Source: an uncultured Chloroflexia bacterium (GTDB taxonomy: Bacteria; Chloroflexota; Limnocylindria; Limnocylindrales; CSP1-4). From it: a stretch of 64,000 nt of DNA. The notes under the pieces are model-generated. The model saw only the letters and a program-made list of their open reading frames with translations, was not told the DNA's origin and searched no databases. Each line of letters opens with the position of its first letter. Within the stretch, counting starts at the first letter, position 1. Of the stretch, positions 52,686 through 64,000 are shown one piece after another. A program made the position numbers and the translations under genes. Location of the stretch: the NCBI GenBank assembly GCA_963789865.1, contig CAWBMD010000001.1, positions 129,095 through 193,094 of the forward strand, given 5' to 3'.

Positions 52686-54080
52686 ATGACCATCCGATCG
52701 CGCCGTTCCGGGGGCCTGCTCGCGCTCGTGGCGGCGCTTGCCGTCGCCGCCTGCGGCTCTTCCGCCCCGACCAACCCGCCCGCCTCCCTCGGCCCGGCCC
52801 CGTCGGCGACCACGGAGCCAGCCGGCCCCGCGGCCACCCCGAGTCCGTCGGCCGTCGCGTCACCGGTCCTCACGCCGGCCCCGTCCGCCGCGACCGCCAG
52901 TTGCGCGGACACCGGTGACGCGGTGCCCCAGCCCACGTCGGACGCCGGCGATCCCAACGCAGCCCTCTACGCGAAGATCGAAGGCCAGGTCTCGGCTCTC
53001 CGCGGCCTGACGGCGACCACGCCCGTCGCCCGCAGCGTGTTCGACCTGGCCGGGCTGTGCGCCTACCTGAAGAAGAGCCTCGCCGAGGACAACCCGCCGG
53101 CACTGATGACGGCCACGGAGACTCTCTACAGGGAGCTGCTGCTGCTCCAGCCCGGCCAGAGCCTCGAGAAGCTCTACCTCGACCTCCTGGGGAGCCAGGT
53201 CGCCGGCCTCTACGACGACAAGACCAAGCACATGTACGTGGTCTCGAGCACGGGAGCGATCGGGCCCGTCGAACAGATCACCTACGCCCACGAGTACACC
53301 CACGCCCTGCAGGACCAGGCATTCAACCTCCGGAAGCTGGTCGGCGAGGACCACGACCAGAGCGATCGGTCTCTCGCGCGCTCGGCGCTCGTCGAGGGGG
53401 ACGCCACCCTGCTCATGAGCCTGTGGGCCCAGCAGAACCTGACCGCCGCGGAGATCGCCAAGGCCGCCACCGCGTCCGATCCCGCGGCCACGGCGGCCCT
53501 CGAGGCGGCGCCGGTGATCCTCAAGGATTCGCTGATGTTCCCCTACACGTCGGGCCTCAACGTCGCGCTGAGCGCGTATGGGTCGGGTGGCGGGTTCGCC
53601 GGCGTCGACAAGCTGTTCGCCAACCCGCCCGATTCCACGGAGCAGGTGCTGCACCCGGAGAAGCTCGCCGCGCGCGAGGCGCCCGTCAAGGTCGCGTTCC
53701 CCGCGGATCTCGCGAAGCGCCTCGGGCCCGGGTGGACGGTCCCGCTCCAGGACACCCTTGGCGAGATGCAGCTCGAGATCCTGCTCCGCGAGGGCGGCGC
53801 CTCCGACTCGAAGGCCGCCGCGGCGGGCTGGGGCGGAGACCGCGTGGCGCTCCTCGAGGGCCCGGACGGGGCCGTCGGCGTCGTGCTGGACACCGCGTGG
53901 GACACGCCCGCGGACGCCACGGAGTTCGCGACGGCACTCGATCCGCTCGTGGCCAAGCTCAAGGCGTCGGGGCGCAGCGCCGGGGTGCTGACCCCGGAGC
54001 CCGGTCGCGTGGTCCTGGTCACCGGAAGCTCCAGCGACGTGCTGGGGCGCGTGACGAACGTCCTCGGCCTCGCGCAATAG
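52686..54080 (+). CDS. Lipoprotein with an HExxH zinc-metallopeptidase motif
   Basis: Lipobox VAAC, Pro/Ser/Thr linker, AHEYTHALQDQ..EGDA. Confidence 0.8.
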   Translation: MTIRSRRSGGLLALVAALAVAACGSSAPTNPPASLGPAPSATTEPAGPAATPSPSAVASPVLTPAPSAATASCADTGDAVPQPTSDAGDPNAALYAKIEGQVSALRGLTATTPVARSVFDLAGLCAYLKKSLAEDNPPALMTATETLYRELLLLQPGQSLEKLYLDLLGSQVAGLYDDKTKHMYVVSSTGAIGPVEQITYAHEYTHALQDQAFNLRKLVGEDHDQSDRSLARSALVEGDATLLMSLWAQQNLTAAEIAKAATASDPAATAALEAAPVILKDSLMFPYTSGLNVALSAYGSGGGFAGVDKLFANPPDSTEQVLHPEKLAAREAPVKVAFPADLAKRLGPGWTVPLQDTLGEMQLEILLREGGASDSKAAAAGWGGDRVALLEGPDGAVGVVLDTAWDTPADATEFATALDPLVAKLKASGRSAGVLTPEPGRVVLVTGSSSDVLGRVTNVLGLAQ

Positions 54081-54100
54081 GCGCCGGGGGCGTCGCGGAC

Positions 54101-54313
54101 GTGACCGAGCCGCAGGTCCGGGAACCCGGCAGCGTCCTGTCCTGTGGCCACTGCGGCTGGCAGGGGTTGGAGACGCTGAGGCTCGTGTCCGGATCGTCGG
54201 ACGAGGATCCCGATCCCCTCGGGGCAGAGTGCCCGAGGTGCCACGAGCCGGTTGGGGCCGGCATGCCGTCGTTCGAGGAGATCCTCGCAGCCCGACGGGC
54301 CCCGAACACCTGA
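54101..54313 (+). CDS. Small 2 x CxxC (zinc-finger-like) hypothetical protein, 70 aa
   Basis: CGHC..CPRC; fills the gap between genes. Confidence 0.55.
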   Translation: MTEPQVREPGSVLSCGHCGWQGLETLRLVSGSSDEDPDPLGAECPRCHEPVGAGMPSFEEILAARRAPNT

Positions 54314-54351
54314 TGGGCACGGCAGCGAGGCGGGCCCCCGGGGCCTGACCC

Positions 54352-56063
54352 CTACATCGACTCCGGTGCGGAGATCCCCAGCAGCGCCAGCGCGTTGGCG
54401 AGGGTCGTCATGGCCGCGAGCGCGAGCGCCAGGCGCTTGGAGGAGCGTTCGGGCTCGGCGACGTCCACCACGCGCGCATCCCGGTAGAAGGCGTGGAACT
54501 GCGTGGCGAGCTCCGTCGCGTACGCCGTGATCCCCTGCGTCTCCTCGGCCAGGACGGCGTCCTCCAGGACCTCGGGGAAGCGGATGATCTCCCGGGCGAG
54601 TGCCGCCTCCGCCTCCCCGGCCAGCAGCCCGTCCACACCCGCCGCCGGCGCGAGGCCGGCCTCGGCTGCCTTGCGCAGGATCGAGGCGATCCGGGCGTGT
54701 GCGTACTGCACGTAGTAGACCGGGTTCTCCGCGGACTGCTTCTTCGCGAGCTCGATGTCGAAGTCGATCTCCACGTGCGCGGCGCGCGAGGCGAAGAACC
54801 AGCGGGCGGCGTCCGTCCCCACCGCGTCCAGCAGGTCGTCGAGGGTCACGAAGGTGCCGGCCCGCTTGGACATCGAGACCTCGACACCGTCGACGACGAA
54901 CCGCACCCAGCCGATGAGCAGCACCTGGAAGTGCTCGCGGTCGTAGCCCATCGCCTCCGCGGCGTTCCGGTTCCGCGCGACCGTGCCGTGGTGGTCCACG
55001 CCCCAGATGTAGATGAGGTGGTCGAACCCGCGGCTGAACTTCTCGGTGACGTACCCGATGTCGGCCGCGAAGTAGGTCGGCCGGCCGTCGGTGCGGTAGA
55101 TCACGCGGTCCTTGTCGTCGCCGAATGTCGTCGAGCGGAACCACAGGGCGCCGTCCTGTTCGTAGACGTGGCCGGCCTCGCGCAGGCGGTCCACGGCACG
55201 CGCGACCCAGCCCTCGTCGTGAAGCGAGGCCTCGCTCTTCCAGACGTCGAAATGGACGCCCAGGCGGGCGAGGGACGCCTCGATCATGGCCCGCACACGG
55301 ACCGCGGCCCAGCGGCCGACGATGTCCGGCGCGTCCGCGCCCGGCACCGACGCGGCTGCCCAGACATCGTCCGGGACTGCCCTCGCCAGGTCCTCCACGT
55401 AGGCGCCCCTGTAGCCGTCCTCGGGGACGGGCTCGTCTCGCCGGACGGCCGCCACCGAGGCGCCGAGGTGCTCGACCTGCGCCCCCGAGTCGTTGAAGTA
55501 GTACTCGCGCGTGACGTCCTGGCCGCCGGCCTCGAGGACCCGGCAGAGCAGGTCGCCGACGAAGGCGCCGCGGGCGTTGCCCACGGTGAGTGGCCCGGTG
55601 GGGTTTGCGGACACGAACTCCACGTTGACGCGGCGCGGTTTCACGGCCGGGATCCGGCCCCAGGCGTCCGGCGCAGCGAGGATCCCCGCCATCACGCCCG
55701 CGATGGCATCGTCGGTCACCCGCAGGTTGAGGAACCCCGGCCGGGCGACCTCCGCGGAGGCGATCAGGGACGAGGCCGGGCCCTCCCGCAGCGACGCCAC
55801 GAGGGCCTCCGCGATCTCCATGGGCGCCCTTCGCAGCGGGCGCGCCAGCTTCATCGCGAGGTTCGTGGAGAAGTCCCCGAACGCGGGGTTGGCCGGTCGT
55901 TCGATCTCAACCGCCGCCGCCGCGGCGCATCCTCCGGCGCGGGCAGCCGGCCGGCCACGACGGCCTCCGCCCACGCCTGCTCCACCGCGGCCTTGACCCG
56001 GGCACGGACGGCCGCGGGCATGGCGGCTGGATCGGCGGAGCTGGGCACCAGGGCCTCCTGCAT
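54352..56063 (-). CDS. argS: Arginine--tRNA ligase (frameshift ~55930)
   Basis: EFVSANPTGPLTVGNARG, MSKRAG, NPVYYVQYAHARI, LGISAPESM. Confidence 0.96.
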
Positions 56064-56187
56064 GGTTGTTGTCGAGGCTGCGGCGGCCATCGTAGCGGGT
56101 CCGCTCCGGCACACGGGCGCCGGCGCCCCGAGCGTCCACGGGCCCTGCAGCCCCGACGCCGTGGTGCCCGCGCCTCGCTCCCGGACG

Positions 56188-56931
56188 TCAGATGTCGATG
56201 CGCGTCCCCGGCCAGACGAGCTCCACCGGCCCGCCGTAGGAGGCGCGTACGGACGCGATCGTCGCGTCCGGGTCCCGGCCCATCAGCAGGTGGGTGAGGA
56301 GCACCCGTCCGGCGCCGGTGGCGGCGGCCAGTCGACCCACGGCCGGCCCGTCGAGGTGGAGGACGCCCGCGGGACCTGGGCCCGGACCGAACGAGACCTC
56401 CGCCAGCAGGACGTCGCCCGGCCGGATCAGGGGCACCAGGTCGTCGGCCCGGCCGCAATCGCCGCTGTAGACCAGCCCGGGTCCGCCGGCGCTCGCGACC
56501 CGCACGCCGTAGCTCTCCTCCGTGTGGGAGACGAGGTGGGCCTCGAGGCGGAGCGCCCCGATCCGGTCCGGCGCCTCGCCCAGCCATTCCATGTCCAGGG
56601 CCCCGGCCGAGAACCCCGGTTCCGCGTGCAGCGCGTCCAGCCGGTCGGCGAGCGCGCGCGGCCCGACCACGCGCATGCGCCGCGGCGGCTCGAACTCATA
56701 GCGCAGGTAGTGCCGCAGCGGCACGAGGTCGATGAAATGGTCGGGGTGGAGATGGCTCACGACCACCGCCTCGAGGTCCGCTGGCGCCAGGAGGGGGAAG
56801 ATCCGGGGGAACGAACCCTGCCCCAGGTCGAGGAGCACGTGCGTGCCCCCTTCGGAGACCAGGTAGCAGGCCCCGGACGCCCCCTGCCGGTCCGTGTAGG
56901 CCGGGCCGGCGCCCAGCACCGTCAGCCGCAT
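56188..56931 (-). CDS. MBL-fold metallo-hydrolase (RNase Z/cyclic phosphodiesterase-like)
   Basis: SHLHPDH, YSGDC, LLTH. Confidence 0.85.
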   Translation of the reverse strand: MRLTVLGAGPAYTDRQGASGACYLVSEGGTHVLLDLGQGSFPRIFPLLAPADLEAVVVSHLHPDHFIDLVPLRHYLRYEFEPPRRMRVVGPRALADRLDALHAEPGFSAGALDMEWLGEAPDRIGALRLEAHLVSHTEESYGVRVASAGGPGLVYSGDCGRADDLVPLIRPGDVLLAEVSFGPGPGPAGVLHLDGPAVGRLAAATGAGRVLLTHLLMGRDPDATIASVRASYGGPVELVWPGTRIDI

Positions 56932-56955
56932 CGCACGCTCCTCCTCCGCCCTGGG

Positions 56956-57924
56956 TCAGGGTCGCTCCGGCCGGTCAGGCCCTGTCGGCCCGGTGTCGTA
57001 GACCGGGTTCGGGATGGCGATCCGCTCGCCGCCGCGCCGGAAGGCGAGATCCTCGAACCCGGCGCTCGCCGCCTGGTGGTACGCCTGCTCCAGGCCGTAC
57101 GCGAACCATTCTGCCCGGTGAGCGTCCGAGCCGATGGTCACGAACCGGCCGCCCAGCTCCCGGTACCGGGCCACGATCGCAGCCGATGGATAGGTCTCGC
57201 GCGGCAGCTGCCGCAGGCCCGATGCGTTGACCTCGAGGGCCGTCCCGGTCTCGACCAGCGCGGCCAGGACGGGCTCGTACAGCTCGGGTGCCCGCGCGAG
57301 GTCCGCCGGCATGACGTGCGGAACGAGGTACCGCTTCACGAAGTCCAGGTGCCCGATGGTGTCGAACAGGCCGGAGCGCGCCGCCCCGACGACCTCGTCG
57401 AAGTACGGCGCCACGACGTCCGCGAGCGAGCTGCCGGCCACGAACGAGGCGACGTTCGACGCCTTGTACGGTGAGTCCTCGCCGATGTGCACGCTGCCGA
57501 TGGCGTAGTCGTGCGGGTGGCGCCCGAGCCAGCCGCGAATGTCCTCCTCGAACGCACGCTCGTAGGTCACCTCGACGCCGAACCGGATCGCGAGCCCCCG
57601 GTCGGCCCAGCGCGCCGCCGCCTCGCGGACGTCCCGCTCGCGGTCCGCGAATGACGAGAACCCGTAGGCCGGCATCGTGGGGTCGAAGTCCACGTGGTCG
57701 GTGATCGCCAGCTCGGGGATCCCGCGCTCGACCGCGAGGGCGCAGTACGCGTCCAGCATGGCGTTGGCGTCCGGCGAGCGGACGGTGTGGAGGTGCGAGT
57801 CGAGCGGCAGGTCCCGCGAGTCGCCGAGGCCGGCGGCAACGCCCGCACGCCAGACGTCGAGCTCGACCTCGGCGCGGGGCCGGGTGTCCGCCGGGTCCGG
57901 GGTCCCGAGGTGGCGGTGGCTCAC
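56956..57924 (-). CDS. PHP-family histidinol-phosphatase (HisJ/HisK-like)
   Basis: DSHLHT, ITDHVD, GSVH, GHLD, EVNASG, GSDAH. Confidence 0.85.
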   Translation of the reverse strand: MSHRHLGTPDPADTRPRAEVELDVWRAGVAAGLGDSRDLPLDSHLHTVRSPDANAMLDAYCALAVERGIPELAITDHVDFDPTMPAYGFSSFADRERDVREAAARWADRGLAIRFGVEVTYERAFEEDIRGWLGRHPHDYAIGSVHIGEDSPYKASNVASFVAGSSLADVVAPYFDEVVGAARSGLFDTIGHLDFVKRYLVPHVMPADLARAPELYEPVLAALVETGTALEVNASGLRQLPRETYPSAAIVARYRELGGRFVTIGSDAHRAEWFAYGLEQAYHQAASAGFEDLAFRRGGERIAIPNPVYDTGPTGPDRPERP

Positions 57925-59150
57925 CCGGCGATCACGCCCAGCTCGCGTCCGACGCGGTCGAACGCGGCGAGGGCCTGGTCCAGCAGGTCGTCCGTGTGCG
58001 CGGCGGTCACGATCGTCCGGATCCGGGCGCGGTCCAGGGACACGGTGGGGAACACGACGGACGTCCCGAACACGCCCTCCTCGAACAGGCGGTTGGAGAA
58101 GCGGATCGTCGTCTCGCTGTCGCCGAGCATCACCGGCGTGATCGGGGTCTCGCTCCGGCCGATGTCGAAGCCGAGGCGAACCAGCTCCGCCTTGAAGCGG
58201 CGGGTGTTCGCCCACAGCCGTTCGATCAGCTCCGGCTCCTCCTGCATGATCGCGATCGCCTCGCGGCAGGCCGCGGCCACTGCGGGCGGGTGGCTGGTGG
58301 AGAACAGGAACGGACGGGCGCGCTGGACGAGGACGTCGCGCAGGGACTGGCTGCCGGCGACGTAGCCGCCGAGGACGCCCACCGCCTTGGACAGGGTGCC
58401 GACCTGGATCGCGACCCGTCCCTCCAGGCCGAAGTGGCTGACGGAGCCCCGGCCGTCCCTGCCCAGGACGCCCGACGCGTGGGCGTCGTCCACCATGACC
58501 GCGGCACCGAACGCCTCGGCCGCCTCGACGATCCCGGGCAGCGGCGCGATGTCGCCGTCCATGCTGAACACGCCGTCGGTGACCACCAGGATCAGCCGGT
58601 ACGGGGCGCCGTGCGCCATCGCGGCCGGCCGCTCGTCGCCTCCGCCAGCACCTCGCGCAGCGAGTCGACATCGGCGTGCCGGTAGACCTTGCGCGGCGCC
58701 TTCGACAGCCGCATGCCGTCGATGATGCTGGCGTGGTTGAGCTCGTCCGAGACGATCAGGTCGGTCTCGCCGGTGATCGTGGGGATCACGCCGGTGTTGG
58801 CCGTGAACCCGCTCTGGAACGTGAGCACGGCCTCGGTGTGCTTGAAGGTCGCGAGGTCCGCCTCGAGGGCCTCGTGAAGGGTCATCGTGCCGGCGATCGT
58901 CCGGACGGCACCCGAGCCCGGCCCCGTACTGCTCCACGGCCTCGATCGCCGCCCGCTTCATGCGCGGGTGGTGCGACAGGCCGAGGTAGTCGTTGGAGGA
59001 CAGGCTGATGACGCGGCGGCCGTCCAGGGACACGATCGGGCCCTGGGCCGACGACATGATCCGCAGGGGCCGGTAGAGGTGCCGCTCCCGGAGGGCGGCG
59101 AGCTCCTCGTCCAGGAACGCGAGCGGGTTGGGGCGGGATGCGCTGCCCAT
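57921..59150 (-). CDS. kbl: Glycine C-acetyltransferase (2-amino-3-ketobutyrate CoA ligase; frameshifted)
   Basis: [35 protein letters not shown]; adjacent to tdh. Confidence 0.88.
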   Translation of the reverse strand: MGSASRPNPLAFLDEELAALRERHLYRPLRIMSSAQGPIVSLDGRRVISLSSNDYLGLSHHPRMKRAAIEAVEQYGAGLGCRPDDRRHDDPSRGPRGGPRDLQAHRGRAHVPERVHGQHRRDPHDHRRDRPDRLGRAQPRQHHRRHAAVEGAAQGLPARRCRLAARGAGGGDERPAAMAHGAPYRLILVVTDGVFSMDGDIAPLPGIVEAAEAFGAAVMVDDAHASGVLGRDGRGSVSHFGLEGRVAIQVGTLSKAVGVLGGYVAGSQSLRDVLVQRARPFLFSTSHPPAVAAACREAIAIMQEEPELIERLWANTRRFKAELVRLGFDIGRSETPITPVMLGDSETTIRFSNRLFEEGVFGTSVVFPTVSLDRARIRTIVTAAHTDDLLDQALAAFDRVGRELGVIAG

Positions 59151-59169
59151 GGTCAGGCCTCCGTGCCGC

Positions 59170-60200
59170 TCACGCGGTCCAGTCCAGGATGACCTTGCCG
59201 GAGTCGCCCGAGCGCGCGGTGGCGAACGCCGCCTCGAACTCGCGGAACGGGAACCGGTGCGTGATCGCCGGCGTGATGTCGAGGCCGGACTGGAGCATCA
59301 CCGTCATCTTGTACCAGGTCTCGTACATCTCACGGCCGTAGATGCCCCGGATCGTCAGCAGCTTGAACACGATCTCGTTGACGTCGATCGCTGATGTCCT
59401 GGGTCGGGATCCCGAGGATCGCGATGGAGCCGCCGTGGGCCATGTTGTCCATGGCGCTCCGGATGGCCGCCGGGTTGCCGGACATCTCGAGGCCCACGTC
59501 GAAGCCCTCGACCATGCCCAGCTCCCGCTGGACGTCGTGGAGGTCCCGCTGCCGCGGGTCCACGGCGATCGTGGCGCCCATGCGGGTCGCGAGCGCGCGC
59601 CGGACCGGGTTGGGCTCGGACACCACGACGAACCGGGCGCCGGCGTGGCGGGCGACGGCGGTGGCCATGAGGCCGATGGGTCCGGCTCCCGTGATCAGCA
59701 CGTCCTCGCCCAGCACGGGGAACGCGAGCGCGGTGTGGACCGCGTTGCCGAACGGGTCGAAGATCGCGGCGACCTCCTCGTCGATCCCCGGCCAGTGGTG
59801 CCAGATGTTGGTCATCGGCAGGGCCACGTACTCCGCGAAGGCGCCGTCGCGCCCCACGCCCAGGCCCACGGTGACGGCGCACAGGTGGCGGCGCCCGGCC
59901 AGGCAGTGGCGGCAGCGGCCGCACGTGACGTGGCCCTCGCCGCTGACGATGTCACCCGGGTGGTAGTCGGCGACGTTGGAGCCCACCTCCACGATCTCGC
60001 CCACGAACTCGTGGCCGACGACGAGGGGCGGCCTGATGGTCTTCGCGGCCCACGGGTCCCACGACTCGATGTGGAGGTCGGTGCCGCAGATCCCCGTCCG
60101 GCGGACCCGGATCAGGACGTCGTTGATGCCGATCACCGGATCGGGGACGGTCATCGAGGCTGAGCCCCGGACCGGGTGCCGTCTTCACGAGCGCGAGCAT
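59170..60200 (-). CDS. tdh: L-threonine 3-dehydrogenase (frameshifted)
   Basis: [40 protein letters not shown]. Confidence 0.94.
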
Positions 60201-60244
60201 GGCCGCCTCCTGCTTCGTCGGCGTCGATTCGGCCGCCGCGGGCG

Positions 60245-61238
60245 TCAGAGGTCCTGGCGTGGGTCGTCGGTCCAGTCGACGATCGGATTCTCCACCGCGC
60301 CGATGCCCTCGATCTCGCACCGGACGCGGTCGCCGGGCTCCAGGAACACCGGCGGGTCGCGGAACACGCCCACGCCCGCCGGGGTGCCGGTGGCGATGAG
60401 GTCGCCGGGCTCGAGCGTGACCTGGGCGCGAGATGAGGCTGACCAGGGCAGGCCACGTCGAACAGCATGTCGGCCGTGGTCGCCGTCCTGCATCAGGACC
60501 GGCGTGCCGGCGCTCGGGGCCGCGAGCCGGGGATCCGCCAGCTGCGGATCGCGAGGCCGGCTCCGGGTCCACCTCGTCCGGCGTGACGAAGACGGGCCCG
60601 ACCGGCAGGAAGGTGTCGCTGCCCTTGGCGCGCAGCCACTGGCCGTCGCCCTTCTCGCCCTCGCGGAGGGCCTGCGGGTTGCCCTGCCAGTCGCGGGCGC
60701 TGACGTCGTTGACCACCACGTAGCCGGCGACGTGGTCCATCGCCCGCTCCGCGGTCACGCGGCGCGCCGAGCGGCCGATCACGACGCCCAGCTCCACCTC
60801 GAGATCCAGCGCATGCGTGCCCGGCGGCCGGACGATGGCGTCGCCGTCGCCGATGATGGCGTTGGCGAACTTGGAGAACAGCAGGGGGCGTTCCGGCGCC
60901 GTGCGCCCACCCTCGGTCGCGTGGTCGCGCGTAGTTGAGCCCGACGCAGACGATCTTCTCGCCGAGGCCGCCAGGCGTGACGCCGGCGCCGGGCGCCTCG
61001 TCTCGGGGTCGATCAGCGGGCGCTCCGCGCTTCAGCGCGCGCTTCGCTGCGCGCGCCGACGGCTCGCGCAGCCAGCTCGCCTCGAATGCGAGCTGGTAGC
61101 CGATGCCCAGGTGCGTGTCGACAGTCGGGTCGCAGCCCGCCGCGCTTCTCCAGCTGGCTGCCCGTCAGGAGGCGACCGTCGCACCAGGACGCCGAAGCGC
61201 TCGTCGCCGAACCGGTCGTCGTAGGCGTACAGGCGCAT
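60245..61238 (-). CDS. Fumarylacetoacetate-hydrolase-family protein (multiple frameshifts)
   Basis: [42 protein letters not shown]. Confidence 0.85.
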
Positions 61239-61250
61239 GCCGGTCTCCTG

Positions 61251-62243
61251 TCAGCCGCCGGCCGGGCTGGCGCTGCCGCCGACGCTCCGGGCGACGCGCT
61301 CGGGGCAGGGGGCCGCGCACTGCGGCTCCGGCGGCGCGATCCAGGTGCCCGTCGCTGACGACCCGCTCGCCGTAGGCGAGGTAGAAGTCGTAGATCTTCT
61401 GGGCGTCCAGCGTGTCGAGGTAGAAGACGCGGTCCCAGACGAGGGCCGCGAACCTCGTCGGCATCTCGTCGAACTTGGCGACGACCGGCCCCACGACGCC
61501 CGCCGGGATGCTCGCAGATGGCGCTCGCCGGGAAGCCGGCTCGAGAACGGCCCGCAGGGCGGCGATCGAGGCGTCGTCGCAGGCGCCCTTCGTGCAGGAG
61601 TAGAGCAGCACGAGGCCGCCGTGCTCCAGGTTGTGCACCCAGCCGTTGGGCAGCGCTCTGGTCGTCCGGCCCGTAGACCTTCGGCTGCAGCGGGCCGTAG
61701 CCCGTCTTGTTGATGTGCTTGCCGGACGCCGGCGGGCAGACGGCGTAGGTGACCTTGTCGCCGGGCTGCACGTGCTGGTTGCCCATGTCGGGCTGCACCT
61801 GGCCGACCTGGCCGTCCGACGGGTGCCTGCACCGTGTCGATGGTGGTGCACGCGTACGCGGGCGCGGTCGCCGAGGTGAAGACGAACAGGCCGATCCCGA
61901 CGACCGCGGCGACGACGACGAGGGCGAGCACCGGTGTCCGCAGGCGCTCGAGGGTGGACACCTCGTCGTGCCGGCGACGGTCCGTGCTCGCGTCGGCCGG
62001 CGCGCGAGCTGCCCGACGGGCCCGAGCTCCGGGCGGAGCCGCGGCTCCCGCGCGGCCTGGAGTGGTCGGTGCCGCCGGGCTTCGACGGGCGCTTGGGTCG
62101 GGCAAGGTCGGGGCTCCAGATCGGCGGCGGGGTCGGGACGGGTGCATCGCCACCGGCGCCGCGACGGGCTGCGGCGCTGCGCGAAGCGTAGCGTCAGCCG
62201 GCGGCGCACCGCCCGCAGGCGCGTCGGGCAGGCCCAGCCGCAT
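61251..62243 (-). CDS. DUF3105-family membrane-anchored protein (frameshifted)
   Basis: One TM; PPASGKH and VHNLEHG motifs. Confidence 0.75.
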   Translation of the reverse strand: MRLGLPDAPAGGAPPADATLRAAPQPVAAPVAMHPSRPRRRSGAPTLPDPSARRSPAAPTTPGRAGAAAPPGARARRAARAPADASTDRRRHDEVSTLERLRTPVLALVVVAAVVGIGLFVFTSATAPAYACTTIDTVQAPVGRPGRPGAARHGQPARAARRQGHLRRLPAGVRQAHQQDGLRPAAAEGLRAGRPERCPTAGCTTWSTAASCCSTPARRAPATTPRSPPCGPFSSRLPGERHLRASRRASWGRSSPSSTRCRRGSRPSSGTASSTSTRWTPRRSTTSTSPTASGSSATGTWIAPPEPQCAAPCPERVARSVGGSASPAGG

Positions 62244-62254
62244 CGGCCGAGCGG

Positions 62255-62624
62255 TCAGGGCTCGTTGAGCCAGGCGCGGACGGCAGGCCGCGTCAGGCCC
62301 GAGAACAGGAGGATCGCGAGCGCGGCGACGAAGACCGCGAATACCGGCTGCGCCGCCAGCAGCGCGAGCGGCACGGCCGGGATCGTCAGCGTGGACAGTC
62401 CCAGCGCCAGCCCGCGTCCCGCCTCCTTGCGCTGGATGACCAGCGTCGTCGTGAAGATCGTGTACGCGAGCAGCACCATGACCACCACGCCGGGCAGCGA
62501 GATGGGCGCGCTGATCGCCTGGTCCACGACCCAGCGCAGCGAGAGGCCGATGACGCCGAGCACGAGGAAGGCGTAGCCGAGGAAGATGCGGATGCCGGGG
62601 GGCATCGCGCGCAGCTGGGTGAGC
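62255..62624 (-). CDS. Hypothetical 4-TM membrane protein
   Basis: Hydrophobic ORF MPPGIRIFLGY..WLNEP. Confidence 0.65.
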
Positions 62625-62702
62625 ACGGGGAGATGATGCCACCGTCGCGCGGGACGGCGGGTCCCCGCGCCGTGCGCGAGGTGCACCTCCGGCGCAAGGT
62701 AC

Positions 62703-62760
62703 TTGACATCGGGCACGACGCTGGCCTAGTCTCGCTAAACCGGTTTGCTAAACCGGTTTT
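62703..62760 (+). promoter_or_regulatory. Promoter with two tandem LacI-type operators
   Basis: TTGACA-N18-TAGTCT followed by GCTAAACCGGTTT x2 (palindromic core AAACCGGTTT). Confidence 0.8.
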
Positions 62761-62865
62761 GGCTCACGAAGGCACCTGCGCGGGGCGTGCGGGCGCGGCT
62801 GGCCCGAGATCCGGAGCCCGCTGCGCGACCCAGCGTCCGTCCAGGCGACCGGCTGCGAGGAGACC

Positions 62866-63935
62866 GTGGAGGAGCGGAACCCGCGACGGCCGCGGATCGC
62901 CGACGTCGCTCGCGAGGCGGGCGTGTCGAAGACCGCGGTGTCGTTCGCATTCAACAGCCCTGATCGGCTGGCGCCCGAGACGGCCAGCCGTATCCGCGAT
63001 GTCGCGGATTCCCTCGGCTATCGACCGCACCCGGTCGCCCGCATGCTCACCCAGGGCTCCACCCACACGCTGGGAGTGCTCACCCCCCAGGCGCTCTCGG
63101 TCATCTTCTCGAACCCGTTCTTCGGCGCCTTCTCGGAGGGTGTCGCCCTGGCGGCCGAGCAGGAGGGCTACGCGCTCCACTTCATCTCGCCGCTGCAGGG
63201 CTCGCTGGCCCGCGCGATGGGCCGCGCCACGGTGGACGGCGTGATCGCGATCGGTCTGTCCGCGAGGCACCCCGAGGTGGAGCAGATCCGGGCCGCCGGG
63301 CTGCCGCTCGTGATGGTGGACTCCAGCGCGATGCCGGACCAGGCCGGCATCGAGATCGACGACGAGGGCGGCGCCCGTGCCGCCGCGGAGCACCTGCTGG
63401 ACCTGGGTCACACCGAGATCCTGGTCGTCGGCGTGGAGCCGCCGACGATCGGCGCCCAGCTGGAGCCGGAGGGCGTCATGGGCGGCCGGCTCCGCGGCTA
63501 TCTCGGTGCCCTCGCGGCGCGGGGCGTGCACCCCCCCGCCGCAGGCGATCTGCGTGGGCCCGGCCAGCATCGAGGGCGGCATCGCGGTGATGCGCCGCGC
63601 CTTCGAGGACGGGCTTCGTCCCGACGGCCGTCCTGGCGATGTCGGACGCCATGGCGATCGGCGTCCTGCGCGCCGCCCGGGAGATGGGCCTGCGCGTGCC
63701 GGAGGACATCTCGGTCGTCGGCTTCGACGACATCGACATCAGCCAGCACACGAACCCCCCGCTCACGACCGTGCACCAGCCGATCCGCCGGAAGGGCGAG
63801 AGCGCGGTGCACCTTCTCCTGGCCGTCGTCGAAGGACGGGATCCACGTCCCGAGCAGCTCCGGCTCGAGACGCGACTCATCATCCGCGGGTCGACCGGTC
63901 CGGTGCCGCTGGCGAGCGGAGCCGGCAGCCGATGA
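62866..63935 (+). CDS. LacI-family transcriptional regulator (frameshifted)
   Basis: RIADVAREAGVSKTAVSFAFN HTH; VPEDISVVGFDD, PLTTVHQP. Confidence 0.93.
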
Positions 63936-64000
63936 GGACCAGACTCCGGTTTGCGGCGCTGCTGGCAATGGCGGCGGTCGCCGCCGCCGCATGCGGCGAC
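63932..64000 (+). CDS. Start of a lipoprotein, probably an ABC solute-binding protein (partial)
   Basis: MRTRLRFAALLAMAAVAAAAC lipobox, overlapping the LacI stop codon. Confidence 0.55.
   Translation, partial: MRTRLRFAALLAMAAVAAAACGD

Noticed and set aside
54493-57474. Very long antisense ORFs (993 aa here; also 21624..24407, 35546..37837, 49026..51218)
   Set aside because: They mirror real genes on the opposite strand, as expected from stop-codon scarcity at high GC, and have no recognisable motifs.
5326-63935. Frameshifts in many genes, suggesting mass pseudogenisation or programmed frameshifting
   Set aside because: They also hit essential genes (dnaB, rplI, argS), motifs stay intact on both sides, and I saw no slippery-site pattern; best explained as long-read indel errors.

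Overview
High-GC bacterial chromosomal window. Gene content and GAAC-N4-GTTC SOS boxes suggest a Chloroflexota-like organism (inference). Single-base indels split many genes, including essential ones (dnaB, rplI, argS), which points to unpolished long-read errors rather than pseudogenes. Content: (1) 1-19.5 kb, a surface-glycosylation island with duplicated DUF2142/GT-C glycosyltransferases, a CDP-3,6-dideoxyhexose pathway (rfbF/G/H plus reductase), a TPP carboligase, a NeuB-like synthase, methyltransferases and GtrA/GtrB; (2) 22-30 kb, the most interesting locus, on the minus strand: a STAND/TPR/BTAD regulator, then a sigma70 promoter, a c-di-GMP-II-like riboswitch overlapping a terminator, an unannotated 50-aa hydrophobic peptide gene ending LAGGASLRGF, a membrane-anchored HD-GYP phosphodiesterase and a DUF5317-MFS fusion whose DUF5317 part resembles signal peptidase II. 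I read this as a candidate undescribed peptide-signalling/c-di-GMP feedback system; (3) 30-36 kb, dnaB, lexA, rplI, dinB and a small gene behind two SOS boxes; (4) 36-51 kb, histidine utilisation linked to folate C1 genes; (5) 51-64 kb, housekeeping/metabolic genes (argS, kbl, tdh), a candidate sRNA and a LacI-controlled operon start. No rRNA, tRNA, CRISPR array or transposase was recognised.
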